A stretch of 64,000 bases of DNA from assembly GCA_000165345.1 (NCBI GenBank), contig CM000429.1:704001-768000 (forward strand). Direction: 5' to 3'. Position 1 is the first letter of the stretch, and each line of letters opens with the position of its first letter. The notes below the pieces were generated by a model. The model searched no databases, was not told the origin of the DNA, and saw only the letters and a list, made by a program, of their open reading frames with translations. Of this stretch, positions 27,680-38,018 are shown one piece after another. Made by a program: the position numbers and the translations under genes.

Positions 27680-28618
27680 ATGCTATATGTTATTGGTGAA
27701 TATAACAAACAAAAAAAATTTTTATCAAGTTTGATAAACCATTTACAAGGAAAATACGAAAATAAGGAAGAAACAACATTACCAGAAGAAGCAAAATTAC
27801 CAGAAAAAGTAAAAATTAATACCAAATATTATACAACAGAAATACAAGTCCAATTTTGGACCATAAATGAATATTTAGCTTTAGATTATAAAAACAAAAA
27901 TTTATATACTAAACATGAAATAATAACTCATACTCCTATTTTAATACCTAATCCAGAAGCTATTCTATTAATATTTTCTAAAATAGATTTGAACCAAAAT
28001 TATCATCTTTTATCATTACTGGATAAAAGATATCATCCATCAAATCATGAAATAACTAGAATTTGTTGTATAATATATAATAATTATGAAGAAATTATTA
28101 AAGAAAATGACAGCCTTAGAGAAAAAATGATTATTAATTGTAATCAGTTTAATTATGAATTTATCATATTAGTATTGGATACTAATGATATAATAAAACA
28201 AGATGACTTATTATTCTCCTTTATTGAAGGGACAAAAAGAGTCACCCAAGCATTATATTGTACACATTGGAAAAATATGTATAAACAACAAATAGCTGTT
28301 CCAAATCTTGAAAACAATAAACATCATGATATTTCACAATATCAAGAACAAGATCTTGATAATTATTTAGATAATTTTGAATTCTTGTTATCCATTATGA
28401 GAAAAATGACCTGCGATATTAAGCATTTGTCTGATCAAGAAAGAAGAGAAAGAGCCTCAAATCTTATTTGTGATTTAGCCAAATATCTAAATCTGGATGA
28501 TGAGGACGGCAATAATGATGACACCAATGACGATAACTCTAATAATGATAACTTCAATGATAATAACGCCAACTATGAATATGAATACAATGACTCTGAT
28601 CTTGTTAACAGCCAATAG
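27680..28618 (+). CDS. hypothetical acidic protein, weak similarity to alpha/gamma-adaptin-binding protein p34 (AAGAB)
   Basis: 312-aa ORF. The NTKYYTTEIQVQFW segment resembles the AAGAB WTIDNKYYSADIN block. D/N-rich acidic C-terminus. Family assignment is tentative. Confidence 0.4.
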   Translation: MLYVIGEYNKQKKFLSSLINHLQGKYENKEETTLPEEAKLPEKVKINTKYYTTEIQVQFWTINEYLALDYKNKNLYTKHEIITHTPILIPNPEAILLIFSKIDLNQNYHLLSLLDKRYHPSNHEITRICCIIYNNYEEIIKENDSLREKMIINCNQFNYEFIILVLDTNDIIKQDDLLFSFIEGTKRVTQALYCTHWKNMYKQQIAVPNLENNKHHDISQYQEQDLDNYLDNFEFLLSIMRKMTCDIKHLSDQERRERASNLICDLAKYLNLDDEDGNNDDTNDDNSNNDNFNDNNANYEYEYNDSDLVNSQ

Positions 28619-28683
28619 TATTGGTATACATTTAACTGGGTTGCCAGTAGTATATTCAGTCACAATAATAGCTTCTTTTCTTT

Positions 28684-28912
28684 CTCCTTAGTTTTCCTTT
28701 TATCCTTCTCCCTTCCTTCCTCCCTTCCTCTCTCCTTCTCCCTTCCTCTCTCCTTCTCCCTTCCTCTCTCCTTCTCCCTTCCTTCCTTCCTCCCTTCCTC
28801 TCTCCTTCTCCTTTCCTCCCTTCTTCTTTCCTCCCTCCTTTTTCATTTCCTCCTCCCTTCTCCCATCCTCTTCGCATTCTATACCTACAACTCCCCTCTA
28901 CTTTCCTCAATA
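28684..28912. repeat. CT-rich (TCCCTTCC / CTCTCCTT)n minisatellite, pyrimidine on + strand
   Basis: Direct reading shows CCTTCTCCCTTCCTCTCTCCTT-type units repeated over ~230 bp. It produces a spurious RKEEGRR-repeat ORF on the minus strand (28656-28910). Confidence 0.8.
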
Positions 28913-28929
28913 TTCACCTCCCACATTTC

Positions 28930-31137
28930 TTAATTCCCAACTTCTGATTCATATATATTTGATATAATTGTATTATTAGCATTTATACTATCTCTTGATT
29001 GATTATATAAAGAATCAATATATTTTCCAATATTAAAAATGCCATTTCCATTTTCCCCCATATTAGTATCTTCTCCTTCTTTACTATTGTCTTTATCTGA
29101 TACAATATAATGTTTTACTTTTAATGGAGTTTTACTATAATGACTTATCTTTGTAGAAAATATCTTATTTGAAGTATTCAATTCATCACTAATAATTTGA
29201 TCAACAGGTGATGCCAATGTTGATGTAATATTCATTTCTTGTTGCTCCTCTTCCTTACCACCTGCTCCTCGCTCTCCTTTCTCTTCTCCTTCTTCTCCTT
29301 CTTCTCCTTCTTGCTCTCCTTCTTCTCCCTTTCCCTCTTCCTTTCCCTCTTCCTTTCCCTTTCCCTTTCCCTCCTCCTCTTCCCTTCCCTTTCCCTCCTC
29401 CTCTCTTACATTCTTTTCTTGTTTCTGCTTCTTCTCTTCTTTTTGCTTATCTTCATTCTCATCCATATGTTTTACTTGATCCTCTTGATCTCGTTCTTGT
29501 TTATCCACATATTCATCATTATCATTTTCAATATCTTCACTGCCATTTCCTCTTAAAGAAATATATAATTTATCATGATAATCAACAATACTTGAAGAAT
29601 CTGATGAATTATCATTTTTTTCATTATTTATACTCATCAAATATCTTTGACTTATATTATTTAAACTTGTATTTCTTCTTCTTAATGAATTATGACTATT
29701 CTTTGATATTTGATCTTTTAAATCACTATTATCGTTATTATTACTATTATCATCATCATTATCATTATCATCATTCATTATTGCTTGATTTATATCATTT
29801 CCAGAAACAAAATTATCCTTAATACTTTCATTTCCATTTACATTAATATTCGATAATAAAGTTGAAACATTTTCATTATCTTTTTCATTTATTTTAATAT
29901 TTGTTAATTCAAAATCTTGACTTTCATCTTCTTTATTATTACTATTATTATTATTATTACGTTTCTTCTTATTATTCTCAGAAGGAATTGCTTGAATAAT
30001 TGCATATGGATATTTATTCTGACCAAAATCTCGATGATTTAAATTTTCAAAAAATTTGGATTTATCATAAAAATATAACATATCTGTACAATTACAATTA
30101 ATATTATTACATAAAAGTTTTCCTTGTTGATTTGGATTACAAGGCATAAATTTATAATATGTATAATTACAATCCATTGGATCAGTTACTTTTAATATCA
30201 TAGAATATGAACTATTTGATAAAGTACTAAGTTGAACAGCTGTTAATTCTTCATGTATATTTTCAGAATCAATCATTTTTGAAATTTCATACATTATATG
30301 TATTCCTTGCATTGCTGTAATTGTATGTCCAATATTATAATACATTCTTTGATTAATATTTTGTATTTCAAGTTCAGTACTCATAAATATTGAAGTTTGT
30401 AAAAATATATGAAATGGAATTAATTTATCTTTACTTCCATGAAATATATATACTCGAGTATTTTGTTTTTTTTCATCACTAACATTGAAATCAAAAATTT
30501 CATTATTTAAAGGAGAATCTTTTCCTAATGATAAATGACTAATCATTGGAATCCAACCAGATACTCCTATTACACCTCCTATTGTAATATCTCTCATAAT
30601 CATTGAAGTAATTAATGCCATAGCAGAACCTTGAGAAAAACCTATTAAAAATATTCTACTTTGATCAATTCCTAAATCAATTTCAGATTTAATAATATTA
30701 CGTATTCTTTTTACACTTTCTAAAATTCCATTAATATCTTCAATATTTTCTGTTGGTGAAAATGATGTAATATTAAACCATGCAGGACATTCATTTCCAT
30801 AGATAGCAGTGATTTTTCTATATTTAGAAGTTGGTATTATCCATTTTGTATTTGGTAAGAAATCTTTTTTATTAACAAGTATTAAAAATCTTTCCCATTC
30901 TACTGCTGAGCTACATAATCCATGTAACCATACAATAACATTTTGATAATTAGATGGAGTAAAATTTAATCCATAACCTCCATTAGTATCACCTTTTTTA
31001 AATTTTACTGTTTGATTTGCTTTTTTTAAAAGGCATTCAACATTAGAAAAAAAAATTATAAAAATGATAAAAATCACATATATTCTTGGGATTTTTCTTT
31101 GAATTTCTAAGCTTAACATATTTGAATTTTTTTCCAC
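28930..31137 (-). CDS. secreted/membrane alpha/beta-hydrolase of the phospholipase/carboxylesterase (LYPLA-like, Abhydrolase_2) family with Cys-rich middle and long Gly/Glu/Lys-rich acidic tail
   Basis: Signal peptide (IYVIFIIFIIFFSNVECL). Abhydrolase_2-like order VIVWLHGL..GFSQGSAMAL (GxSxG nucleophile)..IFHGSKDKLIP. Cys-rich block NCNCTDMLYFY. C-terminal EEGKGKEEGEEGEEGE low-complexity region. Confidence 0.7.
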   Translation of the reverse strand: MEKNSNMLSLEIQRKIPRIYVIFIIFIIFFSNVECLLKKANQTVKFKKGDTNGGYGLNFTPSNYQNVIVWLHGLCSSAVEWERFLILVNKKDFLPNTKWIIPTSKYRKITAIYGNECPAWFNITSFSPTENIEDINGILESVKRIRNIIKSEIDLGIDQSRIFLIGFSQGSAMALITSMIMRDITIGGVIGVSGWIPMISHLSLGKDSPLNNEIFDFNVSDEKKQNTRVYIFHGSKDKLIPFHIFLQTSIFMSTELEIQNINQRMYYNIGHTITAMQGIHIMYEISKMIDSENIHEELTAVQLSTLSNSSYSMILKVTDPMDCNYTYYKFMPCNPNQQGKLLCNNINCNCTDMLYFYDKSKFFENLNHRDFGQNKYPYAIIQAIPSENNKKKRNNNNNSNNKEDESQDFELTNIKINEKDNENVSTLLSNINVNGNESIKDNFVSGNDINQAIMNDDNDNDDDNSNNNDNSDLKDQISKNSHNSLRRRNTSLNNISQRYLMSINNEKNDNSSDSSSIVDYHDKLYISLRGNGSEDIENDNDEYVDKQERDQEDQVKHMDENEDKQKEEKKQKQEKNVREEEGKGREEEEGKGKGKEEGKEEGKGEEGEQEGEEGEEGEEKGERGAGGKEEEQQEMNITSTLASPVDQIISDELNTSNKIFSTKISHYSKTPLKVKHYIVSDKDNSKEGEDTNMGENGNGIFNIGKYIDSLYNQSRDSINANNTIISNIYESEVGN

Positions 31138-32630
31138 TTAAAAAAAAAATCTTTAAAAATTTATCGAATAAATAAAGAAATAAATATGTGTGTTAATACC
31201 CCGTACATATATTTATATCTTTTTTTCTTTTTTAGTTAATTTCTTCCTTTTTTTTTTTTTTTTTAAAAAAAAACTTTATATATGTTTACTATTTAATAAA
31301 TATATAATTTATATATATAAATTATCAATAAATAAATAGATAAATATATATAAATGTGTATTAGATATATTCACTTTTCTAATTCTGAATCAAACAAAGA
31401 AAAAAAAATGTATTTATTTTCACAATTTAACCATTAATTATTTTAATCTGTAAAATTGATAATATTTCTTATATTACTTAAATGTGAACTATTGTACTAA
31501 TACTTCCATATATGTGCAAATTGAAAATTGAAAAAAATAATAATAAATAAAAGTAAATATTGCCAAATTATTACTTTTTATTAAGCAAATCCTTACGATT
31601 TGTTAATATGATTATATTATTTTGTGAAGTAATATATAAATTTAGAAAGGCTATTAATAAAATTTCCTGTTAACTTGATTTTCCACAAATTATTAACTTC
31701 ACTCTTCAATTGCCTTTTTTGACTATTACCTGAAAATCAAACACCTTTCAAATTTTTTCTTTTCACCTTTATTTATCATAGTATTTATATTTTACTTTCT
31801 TATATAAATTTGACCGAGACAAGACGTGCGGATCGAGCAAATTAAATATCAAGAAGGAATTTTGACACGTAATTGCTAGAAGCGCGGTGGGGGGAAGAAG
31901 ATATGGGTAATGAATGAAAAAGTGTAGTAAAATTTGTAAAAGAAATTGAATGAATAGGTGAGAGATTTGATGTAAATTGAATGAGAGTGGAAATGGAATG
32001 TATTTCTATTTCTTATAATTTTTTTTTCTTTTTTTTTTTCATATTGTAATTAAAGACTAGTTATTTAGTAATGGGTTTTATGAGAGAGTAAATATATTAA
32101 ATTCGACAAAATGATTAGAAGAAGGGATTTCAATGATGATATATATTATTACTATTATTTCGTCTAAATTAGATATATATAGTTACAATGAAATTCTTCA
32201 GAGTTTAAATTAAATACTAGAATAGATTTTTTTTTTCTTTATTTTATAAACAGGTTTAAAATGACATTAATATTTAACTTAAGATTGTAATATATTTAAA
32301 TATATTTATTAATTATAATAAATATTAATATAAGTTAAATAAAACACATTCCCGCTATCCCGCCCCCACAAATGATACCCTAACCGGGGATCTAATGAAA
32401 ATAAATGAATTTTGACTGGGCGGCAAATATTTGGCCGCCTAAAGTTTCGGAAAAAAAAGCATTCAAGGTTTCTGTGGGAAAGGATTTAAAAGAAAAAATG
32501 TGGGAAATAATAGAAAATAATGAAAAAAATAGAGAAAAAAAGGAATAGTAGAAAACAATGTCAAATTAGGCTAATTTAATATAATTAAATGAAATAAAAG
32601 TAGATAAGGTTACAATTATTATTATTATTA

Positions 32631-33521
32631 TTACGGATTAGAATCATGATGACAAGCATAAAACCCAAAAAAGAGCTCATTTTTACACAAACTCCATACA
32701 ATATTTTCAGTAAATCCTCCTGCACGTTGTTTAGATTCAATGGATGAATATGTTGAAACATTTGATTTCTTAGCATTTTGATGTAGATATTCCTTGCATG
32801 TAATATTCTTGTCGATAGGATTAGGAATGTTACTACCAAGAGCAATATTTTGATTATTAGAATTGTTTTGATTGTTAGAATTTTTATTAAAATTTTGAAA
32901 GAATTCAGGATATTCATTTTGAAGTGGGTGTACAATTTGAAGATGATCAATTGTGGTATTTTGAGAAAGTTGATTAAGTTGCTCATAAAAAGTACCTTCT
33001 TTTTGTACAATTTCAAGAATATCATTTCTTAAAAGAGTTTCTTCTCTAGTTTTTCTATCTAATATAGCAACTTGATTTTCTTTTGAATATTGATTTAAGA
33101 AATCTTGTGTTGATTTCTTTTCTGTATCATTTCCATAAATTAATTTATATATTAAATCTTCACGTTTCTCAAGATAATTATCATAACAAGGAGTATCTTT
33201 AAAATCTTTTCTTGTTTCATTTAATATTGTATATACCTGTTTTCTTGCTTGACTTTCAAATTTTAAAAAATCTGTCTCGCCATATTCAAAATCTGCAATA
33301 TATTTAACAAAACCATGACATACTGGACATATTTGATTACTTCCTCTTAATATACTTGTTGATTTTTTATTATTATTTGCTTTTGTTGAACATTCTGAAC
33401 AAAATTTATGTCCACATGGATCACCATAGTACATTTTGATATCATTCTTATAATATGTACTTGTCATACATAATGGGCAAGAATATTGTTTTTGACCATC
33501 TTTCCAAATATCTTCATTCAT
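32631..33521 (-). CDS. mnat1: CDK-activating kinase assembly factor MAT1 (RING finger + MAT1 domain)
   Basis: C3HC4 RING: CPLCMTSTYYKNDIKMYYGDPCGHKFCSECS...CPVCHG. The MAT1-domain block FESQARKQVYTILNETRKDFKDTPCYDNYLEKREDLIYKLIYGND aligns with human MNAT1. Confidence 0.85.
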   Translation of the reverse strand: MNEDIWKDGQKQYSCPLCMTSTYYKNDIKMYYGDPCGHKFCSECSTKANNNKKSTSILRGSNQICPVCHGFVKYIADFEYGETDFLKFESQARKQVYTILNETRKDFKDTPCYDNYLEKREDLIYKLIYGNDTEKKSTQDFLNQYSKENQVAILDRKTREETLLRNDILEIVQKEGTFYEQLNQLSQNTTIDHLQIVHPLQNEYPEFFQNFNKNSNNQNNSNNQNIALGSNIPNPIDKNITCKEYLHQNAKKSNVSTYSSIESKQRAGGFTENIVWSLCKNELFFGFYACHHDSNP

Positions 33522-34006
33522 CTTAATTTTGCATATTTTTTTTATAATATTTTTAATTATATATATTTTTTCTGATAATTAATAATATCAGCTTCTTTAT
33601 AAATAGCTAAATAATTTAAAATGAATTAATGTTATTATTATTATTTAATAGCAATATGAATGATTAATTAAATTCCAAAATAATTAATTTAAAATCTATT
33701 ATTGTTTTAAATTCAATATCCAATTTCATTCCTTAAGTTAAACAATTTTAATTTTCTTATTCTTATTCTTTCTTTCTCACTTTATTTCTATCTATTTAAT
33801 TACCTCTCTATCAGAAGATCAAAACTTCAAATTAAATTAGTTGTAATTACTATTCCTAATATTCTCCACCTTTTTTCCTTTAAAGAATTATTTTCTATAG
33901 AAAAATAATAAATAAACAAAAAGTTGAAATTTATTATTATTATTATTTTATTTTTTTTCTTTTATTTCCCCATATAATTTCTTTATTTGACATTTATATA
34001 TAAACA

Positions 34007-34018
34007 TTTGGCGGGAAA
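34007..34018. promoter_or_regulatory. E2F-like box TTTGGCGGGAAA ~80 bp upstream of cyclin H ATG, in the MAT1/cyclin H divergent intergenic region
   Basis: Read directly: catTTGGCGGGAAAtatg. Matches the canonical E2F consensus TTTSSCGC. Function inferred. Confidence 0.4.
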
Positions 34019-34097
34019 TATGAAAAATTATATTAATATTAAAATATGTAATGAATAGAAAAATATAAAGACGGTATTAAATACTAGTAATAATATT

Positions 34098-35173
34098 ATG
34101 AGTGTGTATCCATCTGAATCACATCATTTGAAAGAATGGGTTTTTGGATCTTTAGATTTATTAAAAACAAAAAAAAATTACATTAATGAGAAAGCAAAAG
34201 AAAATTGGAAGGATATTTTTAGACAAATTTCGAGTGAGAATTTTGAGATTAATGAGTTGTTATTAACATCAAAAGATGAAGAAACTTTAATTTCTTATTA
34301 TGGTAGACAATTGATAGAATTTTGTAATCATAAACAGCTTCCATTTGTTTCAAAATATAATGCATCAATATTATATCATAGATTTTTTACTAATCAAAGT
34401 GTAATGGATTATGATCCTAGAATTATAATATTTACAAGTATATCATTAGCATTAAAATTAGAAGAATTTGGACTTCATTTTACATTAGAGAAACTTTTTG
34501 GAGATGTCCCAGGTTTGAATATACAAGAAGTTTTTAGACATGAATTAACTGTGTGTAATACATTAAAATTTCATTTATATATATTAAATCCAAGAAATAC
34601 ATTAGAAGGTTTAAGACTTTTATATAAAAAGTATTATATAGATATTTTGGTAGTTGATGAGAATTTGGATAATAATGATCATAAGAAAACTGAAAATAAG
34701 AAAAATCAATTAATAAGTTTATTATCAAAAGTTATATTAAAAGCAGAAACATACGTATTAATGATTTTACATACATTGTAAGTTTTTTTTTAAAATTTTT
34801 AATTAATGAAAATTAACTATTTTAAATATTTAGGTGTTTTCTAATATATACTCCTTCACAAATTTCAATTGCACTTTTTGATATTAGTGCTAGAGAACTT
34901 AATTTACCTCATTCTGGGGAATTTTTAAAGAAAGTTCTTAAAGAAATTCACCAAGCTAATAGTTTTCAATTAAATGCTGAAACAAGTCATTCTAGTTTAA
35001 CAATTATACATTCAGTTCGAGATTTTGTTATGCAAACTTTAGAAAATGATAGAATTGCAAGAGAAAGAGGCTATGAACATGAAGAAATTGAAACTACGCG
35101 AATTCTTGATAAACTAGGTAAATTACAAAGAAGAAGGAATAAGGAAATGAAGAGAAGAAAGAAGAGTTCCTAA
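34098..35173 (+). CDS. ccnh: cyclin H (2 exons: 34098..34777, 34834..35173)
   Basis: Cyclin-H blocks YYGRQLIEFCN, NQSVMDYDPRIIIFTSISLALKLEEF and FHLYILNPRNTLEGL. GTAAGT donor at 34778 and TAG acceptor ending 34833 restore the frame, and exon 2 begins LCFLIYTPSQISIALFD (cyclin box 2). Stop TAA at 35171-35173. Confidence 0.85.
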
Positions 35174-35221
35174 ATATAATTGATTAATACATTTAAATAT
35201 AAATATAGATATATAATAAAA

Positions 35222-35270
<49 letters not shown>

Positions 35271-35451
35271 TTTATTAATTCATGCACTCAACTAACTTTA
35301 ATCGCATGCAGATTAGTTTTTGCATGCTAACCCAGTTTTTTTTGTCAAAATTTTTTACACGTAATTTACACGTAATTAATTTAATATTATTTCTTGAATT
35401 ACTTTTTAAATAAAAAGGGGGTAGCGCGGGAAATTGGGAAAGAAAAAAAGA

Positions 35452-36306
35452 TTAGTAATTTTGGATCCCAAACTCCAAAATAAGTAAATTATCCAGAGGA
35501 ATTCTTCTAGATCTGCATACAAATTCAAGTGAATGATTTCTAGGAAGAATTTGTCCCCCTTTTAAAAAAATAGAAGGAATCTTTTCAAATTTCTCGTTGG
35601 ATTTATGCATAATATAATTTTGTAAATGAAAAATAGTGATTTGAGGTGGAACTATAAGGTAAGGTTTTTCCAATTGAAAAAATTCTGAATTTATTGATTC
35701 TAATTTAATTTTCATTGATAAATTTTCCAAAACTGTAGTTGTTTGATTATTTGAATCAACTGTTTTATTTTTTTCTAATTCGGGTAAAAGAATTTCATTA
35801 TAAAAATTTGCCGTTGAATCTATTGGTTTAAGCTTAATTTTATTCAATAATTGTGAAGTTATAGGTTTTGTGAGACTCATTAGATCTTTTTCATCATGTA
35901 TATCAGCCTCATCTCCGTATTTTTCTAAAAATTCAGTATATAACTTTCTTTCTTTATCCTTAAATTCTGGAAAAATCTTATCTGTAATATTCTGTATTGT
36001 TCTGTCAAATACTAATCCTTGCAAAGGATATATACCAATATTTTGTCCACATTTTGGGCATTCTGCACCTTTTGATTCAATATGTTCAATTATACAAGCT
36101 TTACAAAATGTATGCAAACATTCTCTTATAGTTGTTGCTCCTCTAAAAAATCCTTCACATATTGGACATATTAATAAATCTGAAACAACCTTTCTTTTAA
36201 ATGATACATCTAACCCATTCTCTGTTACTTTTGTCTCAAGATCTCCAGGTTCATATATATATTTTGAATCATCTTTTACTCCTTTTCTATTTCTTGAAAA
36301 GTTCAT
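35452..36306 (-). CDS. Polycomb-group RING finger (BMI1/PCGF-like) protein: RING + C-terminal ubiquitin-like (RAWUL-type) region
   Basis: LICPICEGFFRGATTIRECLHTFCKACIIEHIESKGAECPKCGQ..LVFDRTIQNITDKIFPEF is collinear with BMI1 [61 protein letters not shown]. Confidence 0.75.
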   Translation of the reverse strand: MNFSRNRKGVKDDSKYIYEPGDLETKVTENGLDVSFKRKVVSDLLICPICEGFFRGATTIRECLHTFCKACIIEHIESKGAECPKCGQNIGIYPLQGLVFDRTIQNITDKIFPEFKDKERKLYTEFLEKYGDEADIHDEKDLMSLTKPITSQLLNKIKLKPIDSTANFYNEILLPELEKNKTVDSNNQTTTVLENLSMKIKLESINSEFFQLEKPYLIVPPQITIFHLQNYIMHKSNEKFEKIPSIFLKGGQILPRNHSLEFVCRSRRIPLDNLLILEFGIQNY

Positions 36307-37253
36307 TATTGTCAGTAGTAATTAAGTATATATTTTTTACTATTATTATTAGTATTAATATAAATATTATTATTATTTTAATACTTTATTTCCTTATATA
36401 GGAAATAAATTAAAAGAATAAAAAAAAAGGAAATTCACTGTTCGACACTTCAAGTGCTTCTAAAGTATAATCCTCTTATGCCATAATAAGTTATTTTGAG
36501 AAATTTTGTATGGAGATAGTGCAATCCTAATATTCAATAATATGATCCTCAATTAGTTAAAAGCTATTTATTATCAATTATTATTTTACAATATTTTTAA
36601 AATTTATATCATTTTTTTGGCGCGCAATTAGCATTTATCCCACAATATTTATTATTTATATTTCCAACTAATTAATAGAATTAATAATGGAATATATTTG
36701 AACTCTAAAACCGAGAATTTTTTAAATATTCTTTTTATAATTAAAAATATGTAATGGTAACTTTAATTCATTAAAAATACTAGCTAAATAATAAGAAATA
36801 TATTCGGAAATTTATCGATAAATAATTAGAAGAAAAAATGAGTACCGAATATAAAATTAGAAATAATCTTTGTTTATACAGAAATATTGTATTAATAATG
36901 AATAATTATTACAAGGTACCGTTAAAAATCTGCTAATTTGTTGAAGCATTATAATTTAACAAATTTCAATTTCCATTGTTACTACTACGATTGCCCCTCA
37001 GCCGATTTCTTACCAAATTGATTTATAAATTCTTTCATTTAAAAACAAAAATAGTAATTTAATATATACCGGTATCGGTAAATTTTAAAGTGTGTAATAT
37101 TGTAAAAATTCATAATTATTCCTTTTTTCTTTCTTTTAAAGCTACTTTAATATATACTAACTGAACGCTTATATTACAAATTCATGCAGAATATACAGTA
37201 GATTAGTTTATCTAATACCAGATTTATTTTTGATATATATACATATTACATCC

Positions 37254-37820
37254 ATGAGTAATTTTGAAGAATCCGAACAAATATTTCCCACATCGGAAAC
37301 TAAAATTGAAGCAGAAAGACAACAACATATCATTTTAGATAAAAAAAGACTAATCACATTTACTCTTACAGATATATGTTTATTATTAGAAAAAGTAATG
37401 GAACAACAAGGGGATGAATCAGTAATTACATGCAGAAGCACTGATTGGAATTTAATAGCTTCTCAATTAGACAAGGATCCTTTTGAAATTGAATATTTTT
37501 GGAAAGTTTTTAACCCAGATATACATTTTAAACCTACTCTAGGTTATGCTGTCGTTCCAGTAGAATTAAATCTTAATCAAGAAACATTACTACTATATGA
37601 AAATGTTGACCATCAAACTAATGCAATTTATAACTATAAATTACAAAGCTCAGTAAACTCTAAAATGGATTCACTCAGAAATCAAACCACTTTAAAACCT
37701 ATTTTAGATTTTGCAAAAGTCAGAATACAATTATTAAATTCTGCATTCGAAGCTAAAAAGAAATTTAATAATTTGGCATGCACTCCCGCCAGTGGCGCCG
37801 GCGGGGAAAGTGGTAACTAG
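37254..37820 (+). CDS. hypothetical protein (~188 aa)
   Basis: ORF with coding-like composition. Likely start MSNFEES at 37254 (the ORF track begins at 37230). GC-rich 3' end (CTPASGAGGESGN). No family assigned. Confidence 0.45.
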   Translation: MSNFEESEQIFPTSETKIEAERQQHIILDKKRLITFTLTDICLLLEKVMEQQGDESVITCRSTDWNLIASQLDKDPFEIEYFWKVFNPDIHFKPTLGYAVVPVELNLNQETLLLYENVDHQTNAIYNYKLQSSVNSKMDSLRNQTTLKPILDFAKVRIQLLNSAFEAKKKFNNLACTPASGAGGESGN

Positions 37821-38018
37821 ATATATTTATAAATTAATAAAGATTGACTGAAAAAGGATAAAAGAAATAATAAACTGTGCCAATGTAAATACATAATTAA
37901 ACGAGATAAATTATTTTTCAAAAAAAAATCAAAATTTGAAACAAAATAAATACTATATTCAATCCTTTTTTTCCTTTCATTACAATAAATATAGGAAGTG
38001 CTTTACAAGCAGATAATT

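Noticed and set aside
28656-28910. 84-aa ORF encoding an RREEGRR/KEGR repeat
   Set aside because: It lies entirely within the CT-rich minisatellite. The repeat ORF is a by-product of the simple sequence, with no start context. I treated it as a repeat, not a gene.
28684-28912. CRISPR-like regular repeat
   Set aside because: The units are contiguous pyrimidine microsatellite repeats with no unique spacers. The context is eukaryotic nuclear DNA, not a prokaryotic replicon.
29239-29556. 105-aa Leu/Phe/Ser-rich ORF on the + strand
   Set aside because: It is the antisense frame of the GAA/GGA-rich coding repeat of the hydrolase gene tail. This is a low-complexity mirror ORF.
32585-33025. 146-aa ORF overlapping MAT1
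   Set aside because: It is out-of-frame overlap with the well-supported MAT1 reading frame.
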